This document shows positions 1 to 17,750 of a stretch of DNA of 64,000 bases, in pieces. The position numbers and the translations under genes were made by a program. The notes beneath the pieces are model-generated. The model was not told the DNA's origin and did not search any database. It was given only the letters and a program-made list of their open reading frames with translations. Positions within the stretch are counted from its first letter, which is position 1, and every line of letters begins with the position of its first letter. The DNA is from the human T2T-CHM13v2.0 reference genome, Homo sapiens: NCBI RefSeq assembly GCF_009914755.1, contig NC_060930.1; one strand, given 5' to 3'.

Positions 1-77
1 ACTCTCGACCTCAGGTGATCTACCTGCCTCAGCCTCCCAAAGTGCTAGGATTATAGGCGTGAGCCACCGTGTCCAGC
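1..77 (-). mobile_element. Alu (5' part, cut by window edge)
   Basis: Antisense Alu left arm: cctcccaaagtgctaggattataggcgtgagccacc. Confidence 0.95.
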
Positions 78-367
78 TGGAAGGAAGGAATTTTGATTTT
101 GTTCAGATTGTGATGGAAAGTTATTGGAAAGTTTCAGGCACAGGAACAGCCTAATATGATTTACATTTAAACATTTATTTTTATTTTAAATCTTTTTTAT
201 TGCCTAACATATTAGAGACAGAAAATTGTATACAATCAATGTATGCATTAATGAATTATTAAAAGTTGAGCATTCTTGTGACTCCTACCTAGGCCGAGAT
301 AAATAATTTGGCAGGCAGCCGAGGTGCTCTCTGTGTACCTCAGTGCAATCACAAACCCTTTCCTGCC

Positions 368-857
368 TGCTGTGGTTTGAATGTTGGTGTCCCCCTGTAT
401 TAGTCTGTTTTCATCCTGCTGATAAAGACACACCTGAGACTAGGAAGAAAAAGAGGTTTAATTGGACTTACAGTTCCACATGGCTGGGGAGGCCTCAGAA
501 TCATGGTGGGAGGTGAAAGGCACTTCTTACATGGCAGCAGCAAGAGAAAATGAGGAAGAAGAAAAAGCGGAACCTCCTGATAAACCCATCAGATCTCATG
601 AGACTTATTCACTATCACAAGAATAGCATGGGAAAGACCAGCCCCCATGATTCAATTACCTCCCTCTGAGTCCTTGGGTCCCTCCCACAACATGTGGGAA
701 TTCTGGGAGATACAATTCAAGTTGAGATTTGGGTGGGGACACAGCCAAGCTGTATCACTCCCCAAAATTCATGTGTTGAAACTTAATCCCTAATGTGGTA
801 TGTTAAGAGGTGGAGACTTGGGGGAAGTGACTAAGCCATGAGGGCTCTGCCTCCTTC
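368..857 (+). mobile_element. MST-family MaLR LTR fragment interrupted by THE1
   Basis: tgctgtggtttgaatgttggtgtccccc ... ctccccaaaattcatgtgttgaaacttaatccc resumes after the THE1. Confidence 0.7.
396..757 (-). mobile_element. THE1C-like solo LTR (ERVL-MaLR)
   Basis: tgtattagtctgttttc...gttgagatttgggtggggacacagcc..tatca; TG..CA ends; imperfect 5-bp TSD ccccc/ctccc. Confidence 0.85.
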
Positions 858-971
858 ATCTTCTTTTTTTGTTTCCCCTCATATTTTATCTGTTGAAGAA
901 ATTGAGTCATTTGATTTATTGCTTCTTACAGTTTTGAGTTTACAGATTTTATGTTCATAATATTTATTTAA

Positions 972-1558
<587 letters not shown>

Positions 1559-1577
<19 letters not shown>

Positions 1578-3566
1578 CGTAATATTTTAACACATTCTTC
1601 AGTCTTCTGTACTTTCAGTGCACTGAATCTATAATCTTATTGTGATTCAGGAGACACATAATGTCTGGCTGTCTATTGATGCTAGCTGACTTGAAACTCA
1701 ATGCCTATGAATTTAATTCTGAGCCACCATACCGAGCCTTATAATATTTTAACACATTCTTCAATCTTCTATACTTTCAGTACATTGATTATATAATCTA
1801 ACTGTGATTCAGGAGACACATAATATCTGGCTGTCTTTGTTTTTTTTATTATACTTTAAGTTCTGCGGTACATGTGCAGAATGTGCAGTTTTGTTACATA
1901 GGCATGCACGGGCCATGGTGGTTTGCTGCACCCATCAACCCGTCATCTACATTAGGTATTTCTCCTAATGCTATCCCTCCCCTAGCCCCCCACCCCGCAA
2001 CTGGCCCCGGTGTGTGATATTCCCCTCCCTGTGTCCATGTGTTCGCATTGTTCAGCTCCTACTTATGAGTGAGAACATGCAGTGTTTGGTTTTCTGTTCC
2101 TGTGTTAGTTTGCTGAGAATGATGGTTTCCAGCTCTATCCATGTGCCTGCAAAGGACACGAACTCATCCTTTTTATGGTTGCATAGTATTCCATCGTGTA
2201 TATGTGCCACATTTTCTTAATCCAGTCTATCATTGATGGACATTTGGGTTGGTTCCAAGTCTTTGCTATTGTGAATAGTGCAGCAATAAACATACGTGTA
2301 CATGTGTCTTTATAGTATAATGATTTATAATCCTTTGGGTATATAACAAGTAATGGGATTGCTGGGTCTAATGGTATTTTTAGTTTTAGATCCTTGAGGA
2401 ATCACCACACTGTCTTCCACAATGGTTGAACTAATTTACACTCCCACCAACAGTGTAAGAGTGTTCCTATTTCTCCACATCCTCTCCAGCACCTGTTGTT
2501 TCCTGACTTTTTAATGATCTTAATTCTAACTGGCATGAGATTGTATCTCATTGTGGTTTTGATTTGCATTTCTCTAGTGACCAGTGATGATAAGCTTTTT
2601 TTCATGTTTGTTGGCTGCATCAATGTCTTCTTTTGAGAAGTGTCTGTTCATAACCTTTGCCCACTTTTTGATGGGTTTTTTTGTTTTTTTCTTGTAAATT
2701 TGTTTGAGTTCATTGTAGATTCTGGATATTAGCCCTTTATCAGATGGATAGATTGCAAACATTTTCTCCCATTCTGTAGGTGGCCTTTTCACTCTGAAGA
2801 TAGTTTATTTTGCTGTGCAGAAGCTCTGTAGTTTAATTAGATCCCATTTGTCAATTTTGGCTTTTGTTGCCATTGCTTTTGGTGTTCTAGACATAAAGTC
2901 TTTGCCCATGCCTATATCCTAAATGGTATTGCCTAGGTTTTTTTTCTAGCTTTTTTATGGTTTTAGGTCTTACATTTAGGTCTCTAATCTACCTTGAGTT
3001 AATTTTTGTATAAGGTGTAAGGAAGGGGTCCAGTTTCAGTTTTCTGCATATGGCTAGCCAGTTTTCCCAACACCATTTATTAAATAGGAATCTTTTCTCC
3101 ATTTCTTGTTTTTGTCAGGTTTGTTAAAGATCAGATGGTTGTAGATGTAGATGTGTGGTGTTATTTCTGAGGCCTCTGTTCTGTTCCTATTGTCTATATA
3201 TCTGTGTTGGTACTGGTACCATGCTGTTTTGGTTACTGTAGCCTTGTAGTATAGTTTGAAGTCAGGTAGCATGATGGCTCCAGCTTTGTTCTTTTTGCTT
3301 AGGATTGTCTTGGCTATGTGGGCTCTTTTTTGATTCCATATAACTTTTAAAGGAGTTTTTTCCAATCCTGTGAAGAAAATCAGTGGTAGCTTGATGGGGA
3401 TAGCATTGAATCTATAAATTACTTTGGGCAGTATGGCCATTTTTACAATATTGATTCTTCCTATCCATGAGCATGGAATGTTTTTCCATTTGTTTGTGTC
3501 CTCTCTTCTGGCTGTCTTTCTTGATTCTAGCTGACTTTGAATCTCAATGTCTATGAATTTAATTCT
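1559..3566 (+). repeat. Diverged 162-bp tandem duplication; second copy split by L1
   Basis: Copy 1 = 1559-1720; copy 2 = 1721-1838 plus 3520-3566; both run gagccaccat...atgaatttaattct. Confidence 0.9.
1839..3506 (-). mobile_element. 5'-truncated L1PA (L1PA7/8-like)
   Basis: Poly-T, L1 3'UTR and ORF2 C-terminal peptides ([19 protein letters not shown]); 13-bp TSD tctggctgtcttt at 1826-1838 and 3507-3519. Confidence 0.95.
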
Positions 3567-4136
3567 TTAGGAATTTCAAAACTATGATCTCTAAATCAAT
3601 TATTTCTTCTTAATTTATTTGCTGCAATACTTCAATAAAGTATTTTCTTTAATCTTAGTTTGGTTATCCTGTGGCAAAATTGGTACAGGAAAGCAGAGTA
3701 AATACTGTACTCAATCCTTTTCCTATGTTTACCAGTTTTCAGAACAATTAGCTGGTTCCCTATCATAATTTTTGTTTTTAGTATTACTATGAAATAATGG
3801 ATTTAAGTATATTTTCATGTGCCTCCATCCACACAGTTATAATTCATAGATGCCCACCTATGGCCAAGGGAGCCTCTTCAAGTTGGCTTCTGAATCATTT
3901 TTCCACACCATAGTAGTCTTTGTAGTTTTATGGCTATTGGGTCTGACAAGATGTTCTGGGCTCCTCATTTCCTGCCCAGAACTAAAGTTAGTAGTTCTCT
4001 AAGAAATCCTGCTTTCTTTTAGTGGAACATGGTGCTTCAAGGTTACAACCCAGATGCTACTAGGCTAGTTTTTGTTTCTAGCTATTTTCTATGGACAGAA
4101 CTAGGATACACACACACACACACACACACACATACA

Positions 4137-4632
<496 letters not shown>

Positions 4633-5354
4633 CAGCCAAAGCCAACTAATATAATATGTATATATGTATATGTGTGTGTGTATACACACATAATAAACTA
4701 CCTCATGAGATTATATTGATACTTCCAATTTAAATTCAGGATTACATGATTTTTACCTTTTTTACTTTGCATCTGTATCTCCTTTCCACAGCAAGAATAA
4801 TCTTCGTTCTCAAGAGTATTGGGAATGACATAATTATAATATCTCATAATTACACATTTGTTTTATTCCACATTATACATACAACAGTCTCAGAACAATA
4901 ATGCCAATACCACCACCGCTCATGTAATTACTGAAAACAGCTAAATCATTTTTGTATATACTTTCTTCATCTTCCCCACTTTTAAAAAATAGATGTATAG
5001 CACAATTGCACTGTATCAACAATGTTAATGCATATATAATCCTTGCATACAATATGCTTTTATAATTCTCATCTAATCTTAGTTCTACAAGTACATAAAT
5101 ATTTAATGTTGACCAACAATTATGTCAATATTTCTCTAGTCGTTATGTTATCTGGAGCTCATTCTGTAGTAGATTCCACAGGACAGATGCATGTGAACAA
5201 TATTCTGTGAATTCTTGCATTTTTATGATAGTTTACCTATGGCATTTACTTTTGAAAGTCAATTTGGATGTGTATAAAGTCCTTGGGTCATATTTTCCTT
5301 CCTTCTTAATCATGCTACTTTGTTTTCTTCTGGAATAAAGCATTCCTAGTGAAG

Positions 5355-5503
5355 TCTGTAATCCCAGTGCCTTAGGAGGCCAAGGTGGGAGGACTGCTTG
5401 AGCCCAGGAGCTGGAGGCTGCAGTGAGCCATGATTACACCACAACATTCCAGCCTGGGGAACATAGCGAGACCCTGTCTCTAAGCAAACAAACAAACAAA
5501 AAA
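5355..5503 (+). mobile_element. Alu monomer (FRAM-like)
   Basis: ctgtaatcccag...gaggctgcagtgagccatgatt...gagaccctgtctc plus (caaa)n tail. Confidence 0.8.
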
Positions 5504-5556
5504 ACTCTAAAAAGATAAGTATAATGACGATCTGAATTTTTTCCCCATGTGAATTA

Positions 5557-5917
<361 letters not shown>

Positions 5918-6487
5918 TAGGTGCCTAAATAATTTTTTTTCATCTTTTTTAACAACCTAATAATTTTACTAGAGTACTTCTTGATACTAGAAATTCAGGG
6001 TCGATTTTTCTCAGCTATTATGCCCCCTCATTATGTATTCCAAATCTTTTTTCTATTTCAAGAAAGTTTTCTCAAATGGTAGATTTTGTTATTTTTTTCT
6101 GTTCTCTGTTTCAGTTTTGTTCTTTGGTAATTCCTTCTTATAGGTATAATGGATGCTGTTACTATTATCTACATGTCACTTTATATGGAATCATTTTTAT
6201 TTCATTGTTAATATCTTTTTTATTTAAAAAAATGCTATCCTATCCACTTATTTGTCTAAAGTCACAATCTGATTTTTGTTCACTCTTGTGTTCCTTCTAG
6301 TTTGGTCTTTGTTTCTGAATTTTTTTTTTAATTTGTAATTCTCTCCAGAGTTTTATCATCTCATTTATGAGCTTTTTTTAACCCATTGTTTTTTCATACT
6401 GTACTATATTTTAGCTCATTTTGAAATACTAATCTATAGTTTTTAACTGTTTTGTGTGTTTCCAACATTTATAGGTGCGGTATTCTA

Positions 6488-6783
6488 CTTCTTTTCTTTT
6501 GAGACAGGGTCTCATTTTGTCACCCAGGCTGGAGTGCAGTGATGCGATCTTGACTCACTGCAGCCCCAACCTCCCAAGTTCAAGTGATCCTCCTACCTCA
6601 GCCCCCCAAGTAACTGGGACTTACAGGTGCACACCACCATGCCTGGCTAATTTTTGTATTGTTTTGTAGAGACGAGTTTCCCCATGTTGGCCAGGCTGGT
6701 CTCAAACTCCTGGACTCAAGCAATCCACCTGCCTCGGCCTCCCAAAGTGCTAGGATTACAGGCATGAGCCACCGCACTCAGCC
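6488..6783 (-). mobile_element. AluJ
   Basis: Antisense Alu with J-type right arm. Confidence 0.9.
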
Positions 6784-7046
6784 TTTTCGTTTCTTCTTAT
6801 AGTAATTTGCATGTGTGGAATTTGTCTTTGATCACTTTTACGTTGCTCATTTTTATATAAAATTAATTTACCTGACTTTTAAAAGGAGGCTGTTGCAGGA
6901 TGGGTTTTCTAAATTCTTAGCTCAGCAGTTCCTTCTTTTATTATGTTTGCAAAGTGTTAAAAATATAATGGGTTATTTCTTGAGCTCCCTAAGTTCTGCT
7001 TCCTTCCCCTATTTTCACTTTTCTCTTTCCTTTGTCTCTGTTGTGA

Positions 7047-7372
<326 letters not shown>

Positions 7373-7382
7373 TAAAAACATT

Positions 7383-9246
7383 GTTTTATTTATTTTAAAT
7401 TTTGTGGGTACATAGTAAGTGTATACATTTATGGGGTACATGAGATGTTTTGATACAGTAGTGGAATGTGAAATAAGCACATCATGGAGAATGGGGTATC
7501 CATTTCCTCAAGCATTTATCCTTTGAGTTACAAACATCCAGTTTCACTCTTTATTTTTAAACTGTACAATTAAGTTATTATTGACTATAGTCATCCTGTT
7601 GTGCTATTAAATACTAGGTCTTATTTATTCTTTCTATTTTTTTGTACCCATTAAACATCCCCACCCCCCTGCAACCCCCACTACCCTTCCCAGGCTCTGG
7701 TAACCAACCTTCTATTCTCTAAATCCATGAGTTCAAATGTTTTGATTTTTAGATCCCACAAATAAGTGAGAACATGCAATGTTTGTCTTATTTAATGTAA
7801 CATGATGATCTCTAGTTCCATCCATGTTGTTGTGACACAGGATTCTTTCAGTGCTGCTTCACCAGCTGGAAATCTCTGTGGCTGGTGGCACCCCTGCCAG
7901 AACTTTACTGGGGCCTGCTGGGCTCACCCTTCCCGCTCAGCCTGGCAGGCTGCACTCAGGCTGCACTACCAGCCTGGATCTTGCACCTGCCGCAGCTTTG
8001 AACTGGTCTGGTGTGCCACGACTGGCTTCCGCCTTGCTTGCCAGTGTCCGGACAAGGGGGATGTGGCATTGCCCAAAAACTCAGAGATGTCAGCAACTGT
8101 GGAGCCCCAAGTGGTGTTACAGGTTTTGCTCAGGGAGTCCCAAGGTCTGAGCCCCCAGGGAGCTTTAGAGTTCAGACCCCCAGGAAGTGGTACAGCTCTC
8201 GTTTGTTCCTGCCACCCACAGCTTCAGTGTATGGGGGCGTGTCACAGCTTTTTCGGTTCCATCACCAGCAGCTCGGCAAGCAGGGCATGTGATTCCCAGT
8301 GTTTTTTTTCTTCCTCATTGCTCAGTGAGCAGGAGGGAGGGTTACAGTGTTATAGCTCTTTTTGCACCCAGTCCTTCTGGGTTCTTGTCCTGAGACCAAA
8401 AGGAATGAGGTACACAGACAATGGAGAGTGAACAAGGAAAAGAATAATTGTACTGAGTGACAGAAAAGCTCTCGTCAATGAGAGGGGACCTGAAGTTGGT
8501 AGCCCTCCGTGTGAGAGGGGAGCTGAAAGCCAGTAGCCCTCTGTGAGGCTGAGTCTGGAGTTTTTATGGGCTCAGAATGGGGGAGTACATGCTGATTGAT
8601 CCATGGGTGGACGTGGAAAAAGCACCATTTGATTGACTAAAAGGCATTGAGGAAGTTCTTACTCTGGTCATGGACTCCACCTGGAACTAGCAGCTTGGTT
8701 TTCAGGCTTCAGGCTGTCTTTGACTTGAAGGTCAGGTTTCACCAGACCCATTCTTGTCTGCCTAATAATTTGTCTCTCTTCTGTCACTATCAGTTGCAAA
8801 TGACAGGATCTCATTCTTTTTTATGGCTGTATAGTACTCCATTGTATATATGTACCACATTTCTTTATCCATTCATCTGTTGATGGACACTTAGCTTGCT
8901 TCCAGATCTTAGGTATTGTAAACAGTGCTGCAACAAACATAGGAGTGGAGATGTCTCTCTGATATACTGACTTCCTTTCTTTTGGATATATACCCAGCAG
9001 TGGGATTGCTGAATCATATGGTAGCTAAATTTTTAGTCTTTTGGGGAACCACTAAACTGTTCTCCATAGTTGTGCTAATTTACATTCTCACTAACAGTGT
9101 ACAAGAGTACCCTTTTCTCCTCATCCTTGCCAGCATTTGTTACTGCCTGTCTTTTGGATATAAGCCATTTTAACTGGGGTGAGATGACATCTCATTTTAG
9201 TTTTGATTTGCATTTCTCTGATGATCAGTGATGTTGAGCACCTTTT
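7383..9246 (-). mobile_element. L1MA 3' portion split by a MER52-like LTR
   Basis: ttttgtgggtacatagtaagtgtatac... reads through tccatgttgttg|caaatgacagg across the LTR. Confidence 0.8.
7833..8792 (-). mobile_element. MER52-like ERV1 solo LTR
   Basis: TG..CA termini; 4-bp TSD gttg at 7829-7832 and 8793-8796; GC-rich LTR. Confidence 0.75.
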
Positions 9247-10078
9247 TTTTTCTTATTTAATTTTTTAATTATACTTTAAGTTCTAGGGTACATGTGCACA
9301 ACATGCAGGTTTGTTACATATGTATACATGTGCCATGTTGGTGTGCTGCACCCATTAACTCGTCATTTACATTAGGTATATCTCCTAATGCTATCCCCCC
9401 CTTCCCCCCACCCCACGACAGGCCCCGGTGTGTGATGTTCTCCTTCCTGTGTCCAAGTGTTCTCATTGTTCAATTCCCACCTATGAGTGAGAACATGCGG
9501 TGTTTGGTTTTTTGTCCTTGCGATAGTTTGCTGAGAATGATGGTTTCCAGCTTCATCCATGTCCCTACAAATGACATGAACTCATCACTTTTTATGGCTG
9601 CACAGTATTCCATGGTGTATTTGTGCCACATTTTCTTAATCCAGTCTATCATTGATGGACATTTGGGTTGGTTCCAAATCTTTGCTATTGTGAATAGTGC
9701 CACAATAAACACACGTGTGCATTGTGTCTTTATAGCAGCATGATTTATAATCCTTTGGGTATATACCCAGTAATGGGATGGCTGGGTCAAATGGTATTTC
9801 TAGTTCTAGATCCTTGAAGAATCGCCACACTGTCTTCCACAATGGTTGAACTAGTTTACAGTCCCACCAACAGTGTAAAAGTGTTCCTATTTCTCCACAT
9901 CCTCTCCAGCACCTGTTGTTTCCTGACTTTTTAATGATTGCCATTCTAACTGGTGTGAGATGGCATCTCATTGTGGTTTTGATTTGAATTTCTCTGATGG
10001 CCAGTGATGATGAGCATTTTTTCATGTGTCTTTTGGCTGCGTAAATGTCTTCTTTTGAGAAGTGTTTGAGTTCTTTGT
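9247..10078 (-). mobile_element. L1PA5/6-like 3' fragment with no local 5' TSD
   Basis: Poly-T, 3'UTR and ORF2 end ([11 protein letters not shown]...); ends abruptly against ERV sequence. Confidence 0.9.
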
Positions 10079-10093
10079 AGATACTGGCAATAG

Positions 10094-10428
<335 letters not shown>

Positions 10429-10449
10429 CAAGAGCTACAGTTTTTAAAA

Positions 10450-10896
10450 TGCACTATTCACAATAGCAAAGACTTGGAAGCAACCCAAATGTCCAACAAT
10501 GATAGACTGGATTAAGAAATTGTGGCACATATACACCATGGAATACTATGCAGCCCTAAAAAATGATGAGTTCATGTCCTTTGTAGGAACATGGATGAAA
10601 TTGGAAATCATCATTCTCAGTAAACTATTGCAAGGACAAAAAACCAAACACTGCATGTTCTCACTCATAGGTGGGAATTGAACAATGAGAACACATGGAC
10701 ACAGGAAGGGGAACATCACACTCCGGGGACTGTTGGGGGGTGGGGGGAGGGGGGAGGGATAGCATTAGGAGATATACCTAATGCTAAATGACAAGTTAAT
10801 GGGTGCAGCACACCAGCATGGCACATGTATACATATGTAACTAACCTGCACATTGTGCACATGTACCCTAAAACTTAAAGTGTAATAAAAAAAAAA
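10450..10896 (+). mobile_element. 5'-truncated young L1PA (L1PA3-like)
   Basis: ORF2 C-terminus (MIDWIKKLWHIYTMEYY), G-rich 3'UTR, poly-A. Confidence 0.9.
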
Positions 10897-11526
10897 TGAT
10901 AGCAGTGGCAGTAAGTGGTTATTACTGCAAGGGATGAACTGTGAGCTTTCAGAATCACAGGTAATTGGGTTCTACCCTCTTCATTTCTCCTTGGGCATTT
11001 AGGTAAGAGAGGTCTCAGATGTCTGACTGAGTCAGACAGAAACTGTAAAGCCATTGGCTAAGTTGTTCAAGGGGATGTTAGAGCCAAAGCCAAGGCTTGT
11101 CTAGTGGGCACTGGTAAGGCAGTTAAGAGCTTCCAGAGTGTTGCTACTGAAAAAAAAAAACAAGGCTTCTGTGAAAGGATAAGGTGTTCACAGAATGGGC
11201 TAGTTGACATTAAGCTCCCAGTCTCGAGAAAATGTCTGTGTAGCAAGGTACGCTGTGAAAGCATTATACAACCCAACCCTATGGCATTTCCCTCTTAGGC
11301 TTTTATTTCAGCTCTGAGAGATCCAAGATTCAAGGTAAAAAAATGAATCATTAATTTCTAAACTAAGTACTCTGTCTATGCCTGCCTTTTACATCTACGA
11401 ATATTAGCTCCCAGAAGCTACATACACTTACAAAAATGGTGAAATCTTACTAAATATAATTTAGAATTATCATGGCCATTTAACAACACTACACTTTAAG
11501 ATGTACATTTAAAAATGGAGGCTCCT

Positions 11527-11780
11527 GGCTGGGCATGGTAGTTCACACCTCTAATTTCAATGCTTTTGGAGGCCAAAGCAAGAGGATCACTTGAGGCCAG
11601 GACTGGGCAACATAGCAAGACCCCTTCTCTACAAAAAATTATCTCTACTTGGGAGGCTGAGGCAGAAGGATCACTTGAGCCCAGGAGTTCAAGATTACAG
11701 TGAGCTATGATCATGCCACTGCACTCCAGCCTGGGTAACAGAGTAAGACCCTCTCTCTAAAAAAAAAAACCTAAAATAAA
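11527..11780 (+). mobile_element. AluJ with internal deletions
   Basis: Imperfect TSD aaaatggaggctcct / aaaatgagggctcct. Confidence 0.85.
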
Positions 11781-11927
11781 ATGAGGGCTCCTGGATTAGG
11801 CCCACCCAGAGATGCCCATTATTGTGCAGAAGCTTCTAAAATATTTCAAAAATGTTTTTATTGTCTCTTTCAAAAGACTACAAAACACAAATGAAAAGCT
11901 TAAGTGACTAATTGATAAGAAAAACTG

Positions 11928-13086
<1,159 letters not shown>

Positions 13087-13230
13087 ACACTTTACTTGTA
13101 TTATATCATCTTGTTCATTCAACAACCACTGAGGGGATAGAATAATTTATACAAGGTCATATAGTGATGGAGAAGATTTTCAACCAAGATTTTTCTGATT
13201 ACAGAGCCTGTGCTTTTCATCAGTGCAACA
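13087..13230 (-). mobile_element. MIR (the part beyond the provirus insertion site)
   Basis: cactttacttgtattatatcat...aacaacc...caaggtcatatag...agagcctgtgcttttc. Confidence 0.6.
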
Positions 13231-13293
13231 TTTTTTTCCCAACTTTGTTTGCTCATAAGGTACATGTTATGCAGATTTCTAGGCCTCTTTCTT

Positions 13294-13393
13294 TTTTTTA
13301 ATTAATTAATTAATTAATTATTATTATTATTATACTTTAAGTTTTAGGGTACATGTGCACAATGTGCAGGTTAGTTACATATGTATACATGTG
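13294..13393 (-). mobile_element. Very short L1PA 3' fragment
   Basis: ~70 nt of L1 3' end plus (TTAA)/(TTA) tail; 16-bp TSD tctaggcctctttctt at 13278-13293 and 13394-13409. Confidence 0.9.
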
Positions 13394-15969
13394 TCTAGGC
13401 CTCTTTCTTAGACATTTTGGGTTAGTGGGTCTGGCACAAAGTCCTGAAATCTTAATTTTTATCAAGATCCATAGTTTAGTCTACTGGGTAAATGAATATA
13501 GGAGATCTTGCTATATACTATACTCTCTAATATTAGGTAACGAAAATAAGCTTTTCTCCATTCCTAAATTTATATTGCTTACCTAAAGAAGTGAAACCAA
13601 ATCAGAACATGCCATCTTACATGTAATGAGAGGCAAAAGCTTTTATCTAACAGATAGTTACAACTCTCCATTCCTTCTACATATAAACATGATCAAGTGT
13701 TCATCATCCTTATAAAATGGCTATCCCTTCCCTTTCTCCTGCCTTTCCCAACCAAGATTCTTGAAACAGAAACCTACCTTCATGGTCTCCAATTCCTTAC
13801 TTATTTTGAATTTCTCAACCCACTGTATTTTGGCTGCTGCTTTATGTCATCACAGAACTGCTCTTCACCAATAACTTCCTGTTTGTATTCATATCCACTC
13901 TTACCTAACCTGACTTTCCTAGAATAAGTCTTAATTTCATTAAACTTTATCTGAAAATTGCTTAATCATTTTATCAGGCATTGTCATTTCTTCCCAGAAA
14001 TAAGTTGTCAATTACATCACGTAAAAAGTTCTGTCCCAGGCCAGATTTAGAACAATTCTTTTCAGTGGCAGCAGATTTGGAAAAGCAAGGGATAACATAT
14101 GCAGTACAAAATAAGTGGTGAGATGAAAGCTAAAATGAACATCTGGAAGAAAAAAGCATGGCCAGATGGGGTAAAGTCCAGAAAGAAGAGTGAACAGAGC
14201 TGGAGGTACAATGGTAAACTGTGTCTCACTAAAATCTTCCAGCTCCATGAAAAGGGCTGTGGCTTGACGTTTATAAATGTGTGGAAGGAAAGAGAAGTCT
14301 ATAATAATCTACCTGTTGACACAATATACATTGGGAAGTTACAACTAAACAATTATTTTAATATCACTTCATTTTACCCAGGTATTTCAGGAAAATTTTT
14401 AAAACGATTAACACTTTTACAATGTAACCCAAAAAGTATCTGAGACAGGTCTCAATCAATTTAGACATTTATTTCGCCAAGGATAAGGACAATGACTGGG
14501 AGAAAACATGAAATGAGAGAAACAGTCTGTGGCCTGTGCCTTTCTCCAAAGATGATTTTGAGGGCTTTCGTATTTAAAGGGGTAAAACAGGTTGGTGGGT
14601 AAAAATGGAAGGTATGATCACATTACTGAATCCACCTGTTGCAAGAGAAAAGGATTAGGTAGGGGAATAGTCAAGTTTTCATCTCATGCCCAGGCACTTT
14701 ACCTAAGATAAAGTGAACATAGAATAGCTACCTGTGGAAAAATTTTAAAACCTTTTATCTGTAGATATCTGCTTAAGAACAAAAGGAAAGGCAGCTTCTG
14801 GCATGAGTCAGCTTTCAGATCATTTTTTTCCTTTTGGCATAGAAAATTGGAATCCCAAGTTTTTATTTTTCTTTTATATTTCTTCCTCCTCTTCTTTTTA
14901 GAAATCTTTCAGAGGCAGTATTTTAGAAGAAAATGAGTTTCTGGTCTTGGGTTTTGTCTGATCTCTTGTGGCTAGGACAGTTTATTCCCAGACAAATAGG
15001 TCCCACACTGTTAGGAAAGCTCATTTTTAGCAGGTTATGAAGCCTCATGTCTTATGAAGAAAAAAATAGGGACAGGAAGAGAGAAAGACAACTGTAAACA
15101 AACAAAAAAAGGAAGAACAATCCTGGAAAAGTGATATAGGTCATATTACTCGGAAGCTCATACATCAATAGGCAGGCATAAAAATGGTTTATGTGTAAAA
15201 ATAGGTTGCTGTTATTTTCTTCTGAAGTTTAAATTGTCCAGCTTCAGTTTACAAGGCTTTAAGGAAAGCATAGCTTAATTTTTAGTAATTTGAGATGAGG
15301 AAAAAAAATAGGAAAAAAAGGGAAAAGAAAAAAGAAAAAAACCCCATTATTTTGGAGTCTCAGAGCCAGGAAAAACTTTAGAATTTGGTCTCAATTCTAA
15401 ATAATAATAAAAATAAAAAAATTTACTCAAGGCTAGAATCTAATAAGTCATACTATAGTTTGAATCATGATTTTTCTCTCTCCATCCCTATTTTAAGACA
15501 AAATTACAGTAGAACCAATTTGTTGCAGTATAAGTTTTAGTCTTATTATACTTGGCCTGATTATTTGCATAAGGTGTAGCAAGAACAATTATTTGTCACA
15601 TAGGCTCTTTTTAAATTGGCTTTGATGGAACTTTACAGAAATCTCAAATTAGATTTTTTAAAGCTTTGAGCCAAGCCACAGATTTATTTGTGCCTGAAAA
15701 TACCTGTATGAGTTGGGTAAATTCTTCTCTCAAGGTCCCAAGATAACTTGGGGTGCTTGGGCCTGTCAGAAAGTGACATTCTTTACTTGCTACAGGCTAG
15801 GAACCCTATATAGGGACTGTGTAGACAAAGTATGAGGCCAGTTTTCCCAGGGGTGTTTCATTGGCTCTATAAATCAATTTTGATTCCTTAAAGCAGTCTG
15901 TTTATATTTGAAAACATGCCATTGCAGTGAAAGCCTTGGTAAAATAGCCTCCAATTGTGTCCTGTTACA

Positions 15970-16000
<31 letters not shown>

Positions 16001-17100
16001 CAGATTCTTATTGCACGTATGCAAATAACTATAATGCCATAAGTTAAGGATAATCACAAATGGCTTCCAAATTCTAAAGAAATCAGGTAGAGAGAAAGAA
16101 ATATGATCCAGATTCTTCTCACAAGAGTATTACTTTACCCAATTGCTAAAAGCTATAAATGTCTCAAAAGTAAAAAGTTTTCTTGACTTTAGAAAACAGA
16201 AAAGAAAGGATCAGCAGCATTTTAAGAAAAAAATTATAAAAATACTCTCTTGGTCTTTTGTTAGTTTAGTCCATGCTATTTTTGTTTTCCCCAATATTGG
16301 GCCAGCAGTTTTTATGAATATATTAGCTTTCTATGAGAGTCCTGGAAATTGTTTTTGTTTTGTCCTTTTCTATTTTAATGGCACAATTTTCAAAGTACCA
16401 GAGATCTGCATTTAAGAGTACCCATTGGAGTCCCATGGCTGATTATAAACTGCTTTTTGAAAAGGATTGAAACAAGACAATTGTCTGTGAATGACAAAAG
16501 TTTTTGGACAGCCACAGTTAAAGACACAATTGACAAGGAAATCTGGTCATCTCTGTGGCACACAACAATTTAACATACCAATTATAATTATTACTGATAA
16601 TATATACTGAGACATATCAGAATTATACAAATTTTATATAATTTTGTAACATACTAATAAAATTTTTAAATGAATATAACTCAGAGAAAGCTAAATGTCA
16701 TTTTACATTTGGCAATGCTTCTTACATGATTTTAATATATCAAACAGCCAAATATGTCTCTTTTGGACATTGGAGGATCTAATATCTAAAAGGGTTAATC
16801 AGGTAAAACAAACTTATTTTGAATTTGATTTTGGAAAGTTTGTTAAATGTCAAAGGTTTAAAACACTTGATATTACAAAATAGAATCCACATCACTATAA
16901 TGATATTTCAAGTTATCATTTAGTTAGCCAAAATGAAAACTCAAAGATTTAACAAAGGCAAAAACTTTTATTCTTCAGAGAGGAGACTTAATTTCCCAAA
17001 TCATAAGCCTGATTAAGACAGCATGAGGCCAATTAAATCTGCCTCTCAAATCTGATAAACAAATCTATAAAATTGTGAGCATCTTGATCATAGGATTTAA

Positions 17101-17432
<332 letters not shown>

Positions 17433-17439
17433 TAATTTT

Positions 17440-17750
17440 TTTTAAATTTTATTTTGAGATAGAGTCTCTATTGCCCAGATTGGAGTGCAGTGGCATGATC
17501 ATGGCTCACTGCAGCCTCATCCTCCCAGGCTAAAGTGATACCCCTGCCTCAGCCTCCTGGGTAGCTGGGACTACAGGCATGTGCCACCACACCTAGATAA
17601 ATTTTTTTGTTTTTTGTTTTTTGTTTTGTAGAGATGGGGTTTTGTCATGTTGCCCAGGCTGGTCTTGAACTCGTGGGCTCAAGTGATCCTCCCACCTTTG
17701 TTGCCTTCCCAAAGTGCTGGGATTACAGATGTGAGCCACTGTGCCCAGCC
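17440..17750 (-). mobile_element. AluJ
   Basis: Antisense Alu; flanks ataaaccttt. Confidence 0.9.

Noticed and set aside
7802-8431. 209-aa ORF and overlapping ORFs
   Set aside because: They lie antisense within a GC-rich MER52-like LTR, have no recognisable domain and are expected by chance.
14099-14443. 114-aa ORF in non-repeat sequence (similarly the 128-aa ORF at 57752-58138)
   Set aside because: No recognisable homology, exon structure or compositional signal; cannot be supported.
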